NCBI GenBank assembly: GCA_041494645.1
Contig: JBGQBD010000002.1
Coordinates: 1-60,584, forward strand
From: Candidatus Limnocylindria bacterium
GTDB taxonomy: Bacteria; Chloroflexota; Limnocylindria; Limnocylindrales; CSP1-4
Length of the DNA stretch: 60,584 bases
Direction: 5' to 3'
This document shows, piece after piece, positions 1 through 11,257 of the stretch. Within the stretch, counting starts at the first letter, position 1. Each line of letters begins with the position of its first letter. A program made the position numbers and the translations under genes. The notes under the pieces are model-generated. The model had not been told where the DNA came from, made no database searches, and saw nothing but the letters and a program-made list of their open reading frames with translations.

Positions 1-2
1 AA

Positions 3-551
3 GAAAAGCTCCAGGAACGCCTGGCCAAGCTCGCCGGCGGCGTGGCCGTCATCAAGGTCGGTGCGTCCACCGAGGTCGAGCTCAAGGAGAAGAAGCACCG
101 CATCGAGGACGCGCTCTCGACCGTTCGGGCCGGCATCGAGGAGGGCATGGTCGCCGGTGGCGGCGCGACCCTCCTGCATTGCCAGGCCGTTCTGGTCAAG
201 ATGAAGCTGGACGACGCCGACGCCCAGGTGGGTGTGGATATCGTCCGCCGCTCCCTCGAATACCCGATCCGCCAGATCGCCGACAACGCCGGCGCTCATG
301 GCGAGGTGATCGTCGATCAGGTCCGTGGCATGAAGGTCAGCTTCGGCTACGACGCCCTCAAGGGCGAGTTCGGCGACATGTTCGAGAAGGGGATCGTGGA
401 CGCCGCCAAGGTAACCCGCTCCGCCCTCGAAAACGCGGCCTCGATCGCCAAGATGGTCCTGACGACCGAAACCCTCATCACCGACATCCCCGAGAAGAAG
501 GAGTCCGCGGCCGGCGGTCACAACCACGGCGGCGGCGACATGGACTTCTAA
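3..551 (+). CDS. groEL: Chaperonin GroEL (Cpn60), C-terminal ~180 aa; 5' end outside window
   Basis: Frame is open from position 3 ([21 protein letters not shown]...). GroEL motifs [16 protein letters not shown] and [18 protein letters not shown], with Gly/Met-type tail [12 protein letters not shown]. Stop TAA 549-551. Confidence 0.95.
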   Translation, partial: EKLQERLAKLAGGVAVIKVGASTEVELKEKKHRIEDALSTVRAGIEEGMVAGGGATLLHCQAVLVKMKLDDADAQVGVDIVRRSLEYPIRQIADNAGAHGEVIVDQVRGMKVSFGYDALKGEFGDMFEKGIVDAAKVTRSALENAASIAKMVLTTETLITDIPEKKESAAGGHNHGGGDMDF

Positions 552-570
552 CCTTCGCCCCGCCACATCA

Positions 571-600
571 GGAACCCGGGCCTTGCGCTCGGGTTCCTTC
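571..600 (+). terminator. Stem-loop downstream of groEL (GGAACCCG / CGGGTTCC) followed by TTC-ATAT
   Basis: 8-bp GC-rich inverted repeat 571-578 / 591-598 lies 20 nt after the groEL stop. The following T-tract is weak. Confidence 0.55.
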
Positions 601-706
601 ATATGTAGGGTGAAACAAGCGCCGGCACTGTTGCGCCGCGGCTTACAGCTCGGCAGGTCAGCAGCCAGTCTTGCGCCGGACCAGAAGTCCGAGAGGAGGT
701 CTCACC

Positions 707-1663
707 TTGGTACGTCTTCCCAGGACGGCGCTCTCCTTCTTCGCCGGAGTGCTCCTGGTGGCCAGCGCCTGCAGCAGCAGCTCTGTCACCTGGCCACCCG
801 CGGGCACTCCCGGAGGAGGAGGCGGAGGCGGAGGCGGTGGCGGCTCCAGCGCCTCCGCCGCTGCCACGGTCAACCCCAACGACCCGAACTCGATTATCAC
901 CTCGGTCCTCGGCGGCGGGGTCCAGCTCGTCGGCGGCGAGCAGAACATCAAATCGTTCCACGTCAAGGTCGCCCTCAACGGCACGATCAAGGCCGCGGCC
1001 CTCAAGGATCTGCTCGGCAGCAGCGAGGCGTCCCTGATCACCAGCGATCTCAAGCTCGATGGCACCGCCATCCAGGGCGATGTCGACGTGGTCGGTCAGG
1101 CCGCCCATCTCGGGTTCAACGTCCCGGCCATCGCGTTCCTGGGTGGCCAGCCGATCACAGGCGACCTGATCCTGAAGGACTCTGCTTTCTATGCCAAGGT
1201 CAGCCTGCTGGGCACCAAATACACCAAGTACGACCTGGGCGACCTGACGAGCAGCCTTCCGATCAGCGTCCCGACAGCGGGTCCTTCGACCCTTTCCAAC
1301 GTGACCACCAGCGTCGATGAGATTCGCAAGCAGCTCGATGAGGCCGGCGCCAAGGCCACGCTCGTGGGCGTCGAGAAGATCGGTGGCAAGGATGCCTACC
1401 ACATCAACCTCTCGGTCCCGCTCAAGCTCATCAATGACCAGATCGCTGCCATGGCCAGCCCCAGTCCGGCGCCGCTGACGCTCGACTCGGCGGCCGTCGA
1501 CATGTGGGCCTACAAGGACACCTACTATCTGGCCCAGCTCGAGGTCAAGGGCGCTTCATCCAAGATCGGGAACCTTGACCTGATCGTGACCGTGACCAAC
1601 TACGACCAGCCCGTGACGATCACCGCTCCGCCGGCGAGCCAGGTCGAGACCCCAGCGCCCTAG
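707..1663 (+). CDS. Secreted lipoprotein, LprG/LppX (LppX_LprAFG, LolA-like) family candidate, paralog A
   Basis: TTG 707 is preceded by GAGAGGAGG (691-699); the track ORF starts at TTG 671. Signal peptide with lipobox LVASAC, then an 11-Gly linker. Body pattern (SFHVKVALNG..., VDMWAYKDTYYLAQLEV..., VTNYDQPVTITAPP) resembles mycobacterial LprG and is paralogous to 2138-3193. Confidence 0.6.
   Translation: MVRLPRTALSFFAGVLLVASACSSSSVTWPPAGTPGGGGGGGGGGGSSASAAATVNPNDPNSIITSVLGGGVQLVGGEQNIKSFHVKVALNGTIKAAALKDLLGSSEASLITSDLKLDGTAIQGDVDVVGQAAHLGFNVPAIAFLGGQPITGDLILKDSAFYAKVSLLGTKYTKYDLGDLTSSLPISVPTAGPSTLSNVTTSVDEIRKQLDEAGAKATLVGVEKIGGKDAYHINLSVPLKLINDQIAAMASPSPAPLTLDSAAVDMWAYKDTYYLAQLEVKGASSKIGNLDLIVTVTNYDQPVTITAPPASQVETPAP
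812..844 (+). repeat. (GGN)11 trinucleotide run encoding Gly11 linker
   Basis: gga gga gga ggc gga ggc gga ggc ggt ggc ggc, in frame within the lipoprotein gene. Confidence 0.9.
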
Positions 1664-1698
1664 ACAGCGCACTGCCGGCGCCCCCGCGAAGGCTCTTT

Positions 1699-1735
1699 GG
1701 ACCCCGGACCGCAAGGTCCGGGGTCCCTTTTCTTC
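1699..1735 (+). terminator. Rho-independent terminator
   Basis: Perfect 12-bp stem GGACCCCGGACC / GGTCCGGGGTCC with GCAA loop, followed by CTTTTCTTC, 36 nt after the lipoprotein stop. Confidence 0.85.
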
Positions 1736-1933
1736 GTACCGTGGGACAACAGCCCGGATGGCGCGCCGAGGCCTCCGGCCTACCACATCGACTCACGTAG
1801 GAACCCCGGGCGGTGCGCCCGAGGTTCCTCTATTCACCGGTCCGGGCGCCGATGATGGATATGCGCCGCATTGACAGCCCTCGGGAGCGAAGCAAGCAGT
1901 CACGCCCAGGGCAGCAGTCAAGGAGGGCTCGAG

Positions 1934-2050
1934 TTGGTCCGAAGAAGATCCCCTCTCGCGCTCTGCGCGATCCTCTTCGCGGTCGCGACCAGTGGCTGTG
2001 GCAGCAGCTCATCCAGCCCCTTCAGGTTTCCGACGGCCGACAGCCGCTAA
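1934..2050 (+). CDS. 38-aa ORF: lipoprotein-type signal peptide plus 17-aa tail (mini-lipoprotein or remnant of a third paralog)
   Basis: Not in the ORF track (<60 aa). AAGGAGGG (1920-1927) lies 6 nt upstream of TTG 1934. Translation is MVRRRSPLALCAILFAVATSGCGSSSSSPFRFPTADSR, with stop TAA 2048-2050. It has an n-region, h-region and SGC lipobox-like cleavage site. Confidence 0.3.
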   Translation: MVRRRSPLALCAILFAVATSGCGSSSSSPFRFPTADSR

Positions 2051-2137
2051 ACTGCGAGTGCCGCCTGCCCGGCGCCGGCCCCGCGCCGGTGACCATGAGG
2101 GCGCAGCCCCGGGCTGGCAACTGTTTGGAGGATTCTC

Positions 2138-3193
2138 GTGTTGCGTCGGAAGTCGATCGCCACCTTTGCAGCCGGCCTGCTGTCCGTCGCGGCGCTCGCC
2201 GCCGGTTGCACATCGGCCCCTTTGACCGACGTCCACCTGATTCTATCCAACGCCGTGACGGCGATGACTCCGTCTGGCGCGGCAATGGCCACGTCCAGTC
2301 CGGGGAGCCTGCAATCCGTGCACTTCGTTCTCGACGCCGGAGGGCAGCTGCTCTACGGTATCGAGGCGGCCACTCCGAGTCCGGCCCCCTCCGCCTCGCC
2401 GGCCGCGAGCGCCACGGCTACCGCCACCCCGGCCGCTTCGTCTAGCCCGAGCGCCACGTCGTCCGGCGCCGCGAGCGGCTCGCCCGCGGCCAGCCCTTCG
2501 GCCACTGCAACGCCAACACCCACGCCGACCCCGACGCCCACGCCGACTCCCACTCCGACTCCGACTCCGACCCCCAGCGCGTCCGGCTCCCTTGCGCCGA
2601 CGCCGACTCCGCTCTTCACCTCGATTCCGATCTCGCTGGACAAGGCCCACGCCGAGGGCGACGTCGACCTCGTCAACAAGACGGCCCACGTCATCGGCTG
2701 GATGCCCGGCCTGGATCTGTCAGGCGAGCTGATCGTCGTCGACCCCTACGCCTACACGAGGGGGTACGGAGCCACCAAGTACTCGCAGGTGGCCGACGCG
2801 ACGCTGTCCCTTAACCCGGCTCTCGCGAGCGGCGCCCCGGTGTACGTAGTTCAGCAGGTGCTCGCCATCGCCGGCGATTCGCGGCTCAGCCCCAAACTCA
2901 TTGGAACCGAACAGGAGCCCGGCGGCGCCGCCTACCATGTTCGGGTCGACCTGACGCCGAACGTCGTCAACGACAAGCTGGGTGCGAGCGGCCATTCCTT
3001 CGGCATCGGGACGCTCGATCTCTGGATCCTGCACGACGGGTTCTACGTCGAGCGAATGGAGTTCACCACCAGCGACCCGAACGCGGGCGCGGTGGCGATC
3101 CGGCTGGTTCTGTCGAACTTCAACGACGTTGCGCCGATCGAAGCCCCGCCTGCGGCCCAGATCGACAACGGAGCCGTCCCGTCGCCGTCGTAG
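2138..3193 (+). CDS. Secreted lipoprotein, LprG/LppX-like family candidate, paralog B with (Thr-Pro)11 linker
   Basis: GGAGGA (2127-2132) upstream of GTG 2138. Lipobox LAAGC. A long Ala/Ser/Thr/Pro linker precedes a C-terminal body colinear with paralog A (LDLWILHDGFYVERMEF..., LVLSNFNDVAPIEAPP). Confidence 0.6.
   Translation: MLRRKSIATFAAGLLSVAALAAGCTSAPLTDVHLILSNAVTAMTPSGAAMATSSPGSLQSVHFVLDAGGQLLYGIEAATPSPAPSASPAASATATATPAASSSPSATSSGAASGSPAASPSATATPTPTPTPTPTPTPTPTPTPTPSASGSLAPTPTPLFTSIPISLDKAHAEGDVDLVNKTAHVIGWMPGLDLSGELIVVDPYAYTRGYGATKYSQVADATLSLNPALASGAPVYVVQQVLAIAGDSRLSPKLIGTEQEPGGAAYHVRVDLTPNVVNDKLGASGHSFGIGTLDLWILHDGFYVERMEFTTSDPNAGAVAIRLVLSNFNDVAPIEAPPAAQIDNGAVPSPS
2510..2575 (+). repeat. 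Hexanucleotide tandem repeat (ACN CCN)x11 encoding (Thr-Pro)11
   Basis: Read directly: acg cca aca ccc acg ccg acc ccg acg ccc acg ccg act ccc act ccg act ccg act ccg acc ccc. Confidence 0.9.
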
Positions 3194-3241
3194 CGGAGCG
3201 TCCCGGGGCCCCGATGTGAGCCGGGGTGGTTTCGGCGCTCC

Positions 3242-3247
3242 TACAAT
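3242..3247 (+). promoter_or_regulatory. -10 hexamer TACAAT positioned for a leaderless pcrA mRNA
   Basis: TACAAT is followed by 6 nt (tccgag) and then GTG 3254. No Shine-Dalgarno sequence lies between. Confidence 0.45.
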
Positions 3248-3253
3248 TCCGAG

Positions 3254-6046
3254 GTGAGCACCAGATCGAGCGACGGGCCCCAGGCCCGTGACGGGCGCGG
3301 CCCCGGCCGGAAGGCCGGGCGGCCCCTTCGCGGCGGCTCGAAGCCGCCCTGGCACGCTTCGGCCGGCCATCGGCTCGAGCCGGTGCCCCCCTTCCCGGCC
3401 GAGGAGCCGCCGTCGCCCGATGACGCCCCGCCGGAGGCGTTCGATGGGCCGCGCATCGAACCTCCCGAGCCATCTCCCTTCGAACCGGAGCCGGTCGCCC
3501 TGGCCGAACGACAGGCCGCCACCGACGCGCTGGCCGCCCGCATCCTGGCCCGTCTCAATCCCGAGCAGCAGCGGGCCGTCCGGACGACCGACGGTCCGGT
3601 TCTCATCCTGGCCGGCGCGGGCAGTGGCAAGACGCGTGTGCTCGCTCACCGCGTCGCCTACCTCGTGGGGGTCAAGGGCGTCCGGCCCTGGCAGATCCTG
3701 GCCGTGACCTTCACCAACAAGGCAGCCGCGGAGCTGCGGGCCCGCATCACCGGGCTGGTGGGAGACGAGGCTGGCCGCGAGGTCGCAATGGGCACGTTCC
3801 ATGCTCTCTGCGCCCGCGTCCTTCGACGTGACGGATCGGCCATCGGCCTGGATCGGCACTTCGTCGTCTACGACTCGGACGACCAGCAGGCGCTGATGAA
3901 ACAGATCCTGCGCGAGGAAGACCTTCCGGTCACGGGCGAGTACAAGCCGAGCGCGATCCTCGGGGCCGTTTCTCGGGCGAAGAACGAGATGCTCGATGCC
4001 GACTTCATCGCCGCGAACGCCCATACCCATCGCGAGCGGGAGATCGCCCGCCTCTTCCGGCTCTACCAGGCGAGACTCCACGCGGCGAACGCTCTCGACT
4101 TCGACGACCTCCTGCTCGAGGCCGTACGGGTCTTCAGCGAAGCCCCCGCGGTCCTGGAGCGCTACCAGTCCCGCTGGCGCTACCTCCACGTCGACGAGTA
4201 CCAGGACACCAACCGGCCGCAGTACCTGTGGGTCAAGGCTCTAGCCGCAGGCCACAGGAACCTCTGTGTCGTGGGTGACGATGACCAATCGATCTACTCA
4301 TGGCGCGGAGCCGACATCCGCAACATCCTCGAATTCGAGGGCGACTACCCTGACGCGACGGTGGTCAAGCTCGAGCAGAACTACCGCTCGACACAGCTGA
4401 TCCTCGACGCCGCGCACGCCGTCGTGACCCACAACGCCTCGCGCAAGGACAAGAAGCTCTGGACCGACAACAGCGGCGGCCGACCGATCCAGCGCTTCGA
4501 GGCCTACAACGAGGAGGAGGAGGCGGAGTGGATCGCCCGCCAGGTCGAGGAAGTGACGGGCGGGCGCAGCTCGGTCCTAACCCGGCGTGCCGACGAGGAT
4601 GCCGAGCGCTGGGAGCGCCGCGAGATCGCGGTCATGTATCGGACGAACGCCCAGAGCCGAGCCATCGAGGAGGCGTTCCTGCGCTACGGCATCCGCTACC
4701 AGCTGGTGGGTGGAACGCGGTTCTACCAGCGGCGCGAGGTCAAGGACGCCCTGGCCTACCTGCGCATCCTGCGCAGCGAAACGGACCAGGTCAGTTTCGA
4801 GCGGGTCCTCAACGTGCCAGCGCGAGGGATCGGCGAGAAGAGCCTGGAGCAGCTGCGCGGGTTCGTGGCGGCGGGCCCCGTCCAAGCCGGCGAGGGCGCC
4901 GCAGGTTCGGATGAACCTGGCGCGACCCGGACGCCGGCCTCGTACTGGGGAGCGATCCGGGCGGGCGGCGAGGGCCGCGTCGAGGCTCTGGGGTCGCGGG
5001 CGAGGAGCGCCCTGGGCAGTTTCGCCGGGTTGGTGTCCCGGCTGCGGACCCGGGTCGGGGTGCTGCCGCTGCCCGAGCTGCTGGACGCCGTGCTGGAAGA
5101 GACGGGCTATCGGGCCATGCTGGCCGACGGGTCTGAGGAGGGCGAGGAGCGCTGGGCGAACCTGCTCGAGCTGCGCTCGGTAACGACCCGCTACGACGAC
5201 CTCACGCCCGACGACGCGCTGGATCGCTTTCTGGAGGAGACGGCTCTGGTCGCCGACCAGGACTCGTACGAGTCCGGAGCGGACGCGGTCACCCTGATCA
5301 CGCTCCACGCCGCCAAGGGGCTCGAATTCCCGGTCGTCTTCATCGCCGGTCTCGAGGAGGGCGTCTTCCCGCACAGTCGCTCGCTCGACGACGAGAAGCA
5401 GCTCGAAGAGGAGCGGCGGCTGGCCTACGTCGGGATCACGCGCGCCAAGAGACGGCTGTTCCTCAGCCATGCCGCCCGGCGGGCGACCTGGGGGAGTGGC
5501 AGCCTGTCCGTCCCGAGCCGTTTCCTGTTCGAGATCCCGGCCGCTCTCATGTCGGGCCCGCACCTGGAGCGGGCCGACGATTTCGACGACGACGTGGGCC
5601 AGGTCGACCCGGACCTGGTCTTCGGCCGACGGTTGGGCAGCCGCTTCGGGACGCCGATCCGGACCGGCGGCGGCGCCTGGCGGTCGGCGAGCGGCCAGCC
5701 CGGATCCCCCAGGGCGGGGGAGACGTTCCGTCCCACGCGCGACCTGGGTGCCAGACGCGAGGCTTATTCGGCCGGAGCGCCCTCGGGCAGCCTCGGGCCG
5801 CCCCGCGGCGCGCAGTCTGACGGGCCTCCGGCGCCGCTCCGGCCCGCCCCGGCGGCCCGGCCCCGCATCCCCGGCGAGCGGCAATTCCGGGACGGCGACC
5901 GCGTCCGCCACCCGCGGCTGGGGGACGGCATCGTCGTCACCTCCAAATTGACCCGCAACGACGAGGAGGTGACGGTCGCGTTCTCGAATGGCGGCGGCGT
6001 GAAGACGCTGATTGCGAGCATTGCCAACCTGGAACTGATCGGTTGA
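3254..6046 (+). CDS. pcrA: ATP-dependent DNA helicase PcrA/UvrD (superfamily 1)
   Basis: LNPEQQRAV, Walker A AGAGSGKT, DEYQDTN and VGDDDQSIYSWRGA motifs, plus C-terminal Tudor-like tail FRDGDRVRHPRLGDGIVV. The ~95-aa Pro/Glu-rich N-terminal extension makes the start uncertain. Confidence 0.9.
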   Translation: MSTRSSDGPQARDGRGPGRKAGRPLRGGSKPPWHASAGHRLEPVPPFPAEEPPSPDDAPPEAFDGPRIEPPEPSPFEPEPVALAERQAATDALAARILARLNPEQQRAVRTTDGPVLILAGAGSGKTRVLAHRVAYLVGVKGVRPWQILAVTFTNKAAAELRARITGLVGDEAGREVAMGTFHALCARVLRRDGSAIGLDRHFVVYDSDDQQALMKQILREEDLPVTGEYKPSAILGAVSRAKNEMLDADFIAANAHTHREREIARLFRLYQARLHAANALDFDDLLLEAVRVFSEAPAVLERYQSRWRYLHVDEYQDTNRPQYLWVKALAAGHRNLCVVGDDDQSIYSWRGADIRNILEFEGDYPDATVVKLEQNYRSTQLILDAAHAVVTHNASRKDKKLWTDNSGGRPIQRFEAYNEEEEAEWIARQVEEVTGGRSSVLTRRADEDAERWERREIAVMYRTNAQSRAIEEAFLRYGIRYQLVGGTRFYQRREVKDALAYLRILRSETDQVSFERVLNVPARGIGEKSLEQLRGFVAAGPVQAGEGAAGSDEPGATRTPASYWGAIRAGGEGRVEALGSRARSALGSFAGLVSRLRTRVGVLPLPELLDAVLEETGYRAMLADGSEEGEERWANLLELRSVTTRYDDLTPDDALDRFLEETALVADQDSYESGADAVTLITLHAAKGLEFPVVFIAGLEEGVFPHSRSLDDEKQLEEERRLAYVGITRAKRRLFLSHAARRATWGSGSLSVPSRFLFEIPAALMSGPHLERADDFDDDVGQVDPDLVFGRRLGSRFGTPIRTGGGAWRSASGQPGSPRAGETFRPTRDLGARREAYSAGAPSGSLGPPRGAQSDGPPAPLRPAPAARPRIPGERQFRDGDRVRHPRLGDGIVVTSKLTRNDEEVTVAFSNGGGVKTLIASIANLELIG

Positions 6047-6120
6047 CTACCATCTGCCATGCGCGGCGACGGGGCGCATAGTCCCCGTCGGCAACGACAA
6101 AGCGAGGACGAGCGCGAACG

Positions 6121-6681
6121 ATGACGAAGTCGAAAGTCACCCGAGCCGGCAAGGCCAAGACCGGCGGCAAGGCGGCGCTGGAGCCGTGCGCCTGCTGCGG
6201 CATCTCCCCGGACCCACGCGGCCGCCCGTTCTCCATTACCTTCGAAGAGCCCGACGTCATATCCCAGATCGAGCCCGAACTGCTGGACACGTGGGGCGGC
6301 GATCCGTTCCTCGCGATCAAGAGCGTGGGCTTCTTCATCCGCGTCATCCTGCCGATCAAGCTGAGCGATGGCTACGCGATCGACTTCGGGACATGGCTCG
6401 AATGCGGCGGGGATGACTTCCGGAAAGCCTGGCAAAGCTGGAACTTCCCGGAGTACAAGGACCTCGAAATCGAGGGCTACATCGCCAACGAGATCCAGCC
6501 TTTCGACAACTTCCCCCACGCGCTCGTCAAGGCGACGGTTCGGGAGATGGAGCAGGTCCCGTACCTGACCAGCAGCAAGAACGAGGTCTTCTCGATGCTG
6601 CTGGACAACATCTGGCCTCACGCCGACGTGCTGCCGCACTACGCCGAGCTGTTGAAGTCGGAGCCGCCGACTCAGGGCTGA
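6121..6681 (+). CDS. DUF2199 family protein (function unknown)
   Basis: N-terminal CxxC (CACCG) followed by FFIRVILPIKL...FGTWLEC, as I recall for DUF2199. Codon third positions are slightly less GC-biased than in neighbours. Confidence 0.5.
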   Translation: MTKSKVTRAGKAKTGGKAALEPCACCGISPDPRGRPFSITFEEPDVISQIEPELLDTWGGDPFLAIKSVGFFIRVILPIKLSDGYAIDFGTWLECGGDDFRKAWQSWNFPEYKDLEIEGYIANEIQPFDNFPHALVKATVREMEQVPYLTSSKNEVFSMLLDNIWPHADVLPHYAELLKSEPPTQG

Positions 6682-6792
6682 CCGGTCCTGGCGCCCACAT
6701 CACGGCGCCCACGGCTTGCCGGGGCGCTGGCTCCCGGTCTCGTCGCCGATCCGCGCGCGGCCCGCGTAGCCTGGATCCGTCCCCGGTGGGTC

Positions 6793-6966
6793 CTACTCCG
6801 CGCCAGTCCCCCGCTCTCGGCGGACCTGCTCGAGGAGCTTCTTGAGCCGGTCGATCGTCTCGCGGTCGTCCTCGATCATGAGCATCAACCGCAGGCCGGC
6901 CTCGACGAGGGCGAGATCCTCCGTCGTCAGCTCGAGGTTGATCGGCGTTTCGATCGTCTGCTTCAT
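6793..6966 (-). CDS. 57-aa hypothetical helical protein (not in ORF track)
   Basis: ATG at 6966 (minus) is preceded by GGAGGA 7 nt upstream. Translation is MKQTIETPINLELTTEDLALVEAGLRLMLMIEDDRETIDRLKKLLEQVRRERGTGAE, with stop at 6793-6795. GC3-rich codon usage matches neighbouring genes. Confidence 0.45.
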   Translation of the reverse strand: MKQTIETPINLELTTEDLALVEAGLRLMLMIEDDRETIDRLKKLLEQVRRERGTGAE

Positions 6967-7066
6967 CGTCGTGTCCTCCGTGTCCGCGGCAGACGCCGTG
7001 GCTCCAGCCTAGCCATTTGCCGGCCCATAGCAAGTGGTCGAGTTCGCCGGCGCATCGGCGGGGCGA

Positions 7067-7072
7067 TACGAT
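7067..7072 (+). promoter_or_regulatory. -10 hexamer TACGAT positioned for a leaderless Mut7-C/ligA transcript
   Basis: TACGAT is followed by 6 nt (cggcgc) and then ATG 7079. No SD. Confidence 0.4.
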
Positions 7073-7078
7073 CGGCGC

Positions 7079-10062
<2,984 letters not shown>

Positions 10063-10113
10063 GGGAGCGACACGGGCCAGCGGGAGTGTGCGCGGCGCTC
10101 CTGCGACGGTCGC

Positions 10114-10989
10114 TCAGCCCATCGCCGAGCTGATCTGGCCCCAGATCCATTCCGGCCGCCACGGGACCGCCGGGCCAAGGATCATCCGCGGTGCCCGCCA
10201 CATCTCCCGCCAGCCACGCGCCTCGAGCTCGCGCCAGGCGGCATGGTGCTCGTCGGGGACGCCGGCCCGCACGTGGGCGCCCTCAGGGACGGTGTGGCGG
10301 TGCAGATCCAGGAGAAACAACCCGTCTTCGAATCGGGGCGCGACAATCGCTCCGTTGGCTCGCTCGGTCGGGAGGAGAAAGCCGCGCAAGCCGCCGCCCG
10401 GCTCGTCGCGCGGCCCGCCGGCCGCCTCGCCCTCCAGCACCCAGCCGCCCGACTCCACCAGCATGGTGAGCGGTGCCGATCGGTCCTCGGCTGTCGCCAT
10501 CCGGTCCAGCTCGAGGACGGCCCGCAGGTCTCCCGGCTCGAGCTTTCGGACTCGCGTGCCTTGGGGCGAAGCCGGCCGTTCGGCCAGATGATCCGCCTGC
10601 AGCTGGTGGTAGTGCGAGACGAGGCGGAAGCCCATGCTCTCGTACATGGGCCGGCCCGCGTCGGTCGCCTCGAGCGAAAGCGTCTCGCAGCCGGCCGCCT
10701 CCAGGCGCCGCATCAGCTCTTCGGTCACGGCCCGACCGAAGCCGCGGCGGCGGAACTCCGCCTCGACCGCGATCGCGCTCAGCCATCCGACGCGCCCGTT
10801 GGCGGTGGCAAGCCCAGTGGCTACGAGGCGGTCGCCCACTGTTCCGACAACCGGCTGACACGTCGGAACGCGCATCACGAACTCGTAGAAGCGGGTCCGG
10901 TCGCGCCAGCCCTGAGCCCTCGCCAGGCCGATGGCGGCGTCCAGGTCGTCCGCCGTCATCGATCGAATCTCGAAATCAGCCACACTCAT
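10114..10989 (-). CDS. GNAT family N-acetyltransferase, two-domain (GNAT + YitH-like C-terminal domain)
   Basis: The motif-A region RRRGFGRAVTEELMRRLEAAG and its surrounding fold pattern are GNAT-like. The start is uncertain (ATG 10989 chosen; the ORF is open to 11058). Confidence 0.7.
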   Translation of the reverse strand: MSVADFEIRSMTADDLDAAIGLARAQGWRDRTRFYEFVMRVPTCQPVVGTVGDRLVATGLATANGRVGWLSAIAVEAEFRRRGFGRAVTEELMRRLEAAGCETLSLEATDAGRPMYESMGFRLVSHYHQLQADHLAERPASPQGTRVRKLEPGDLRAVLELDRMATAEDRSAPLTMLVESGGWVLEGEAAGGPRDEPGGGLRGFLLPTERANGAIVAPRFEDGLFLLDLHRHTVPEGAHVRAGVPDEHHAAWRELEARGWREMWRAPRMILGPAVPWRPEWIWGQISSAMG

Positions 10990-11077
10990 CCCTTGCTTCA
11001 GCCGAACGCGAAGACGAGGATGCCCCAAATCGGCCCGGCCCGTCAGGCGACCGGGCACCCGCGGAGGAAGAGGCCTG

Positions 11078-11257
11078 TCAACGCGCGGGGCGGGGCGTCC
11101 GCGCCCCGAAGGGGCGCAGGTGGCGAGACGGGTCGGCCCGTTGCCCGAAGCGATCGCGCAACGCGGGTAGACGAGGCGCCGTCAGTCGAGCGATCCGCGC
11201 TTCGGAGATCAACTCGCTTTGGCGCATCTTCGCGACCATCAGCCGCATGTCCTCCAT
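11078..11257 (-). CDS. 59-aa hypothetical protein upstream of the GNAT gene
   Basis: AAGGAGGTG (11262-11270, minus) lies 4 nt upstream of ATG 11257. Translation is MEDMRLMVAKMRQSELISEARIARLTAPRLPALRDRFGQRADPSRHLRPFGARTPRPAR. It appears in the track only as the tail of an implausible 428-aa ORF. Confidence 0.4.
   Translation of the reverse strand: MEDMRLMVAKMRQSELISEARIARLTAPRLPALRDRFGQRADPSRHLRPFGARTPRPAR

Noticed and set aside
812-2575. GGN and ACNCCN tandem repeats considered as a possible CRISPR, VNTR or non-coding repeat array.
   Set aside because: The units are 3 and 6 nt, in frame, and encode Gly11 and (Thr-Pro)11 linkers inside lipoprotein genes. There is no spacer-repeat organisation. 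No CRISPR-like array is seen anywhere in the window.
2720-5911. Long minus-strand ORFs antisense to pcrA (2720-4189, 489 aa; 4577-5911, 444 aa).
   Set aside because: They fully overlap a helicase gene with unmistakable motifs. Their products are Arg/Gly/Pro/Ala-rich low-complexity strings, as expected from stop-codon depletion in GC-rich DNA. They have no SD.
10114-11257. Small ORF plus GNAT as a type II GNAT toxin / RHH antitoxin pair (TacT/AtaT-like).
   Set aside because: The GNAT protein is a ~290-aa two-domain enzyme rather than a ~170-aa toxin. The small protein shows no ribbon-helix-helix or DUF1778-like pattern. The arrangement is kept only as a small-ORF finding.
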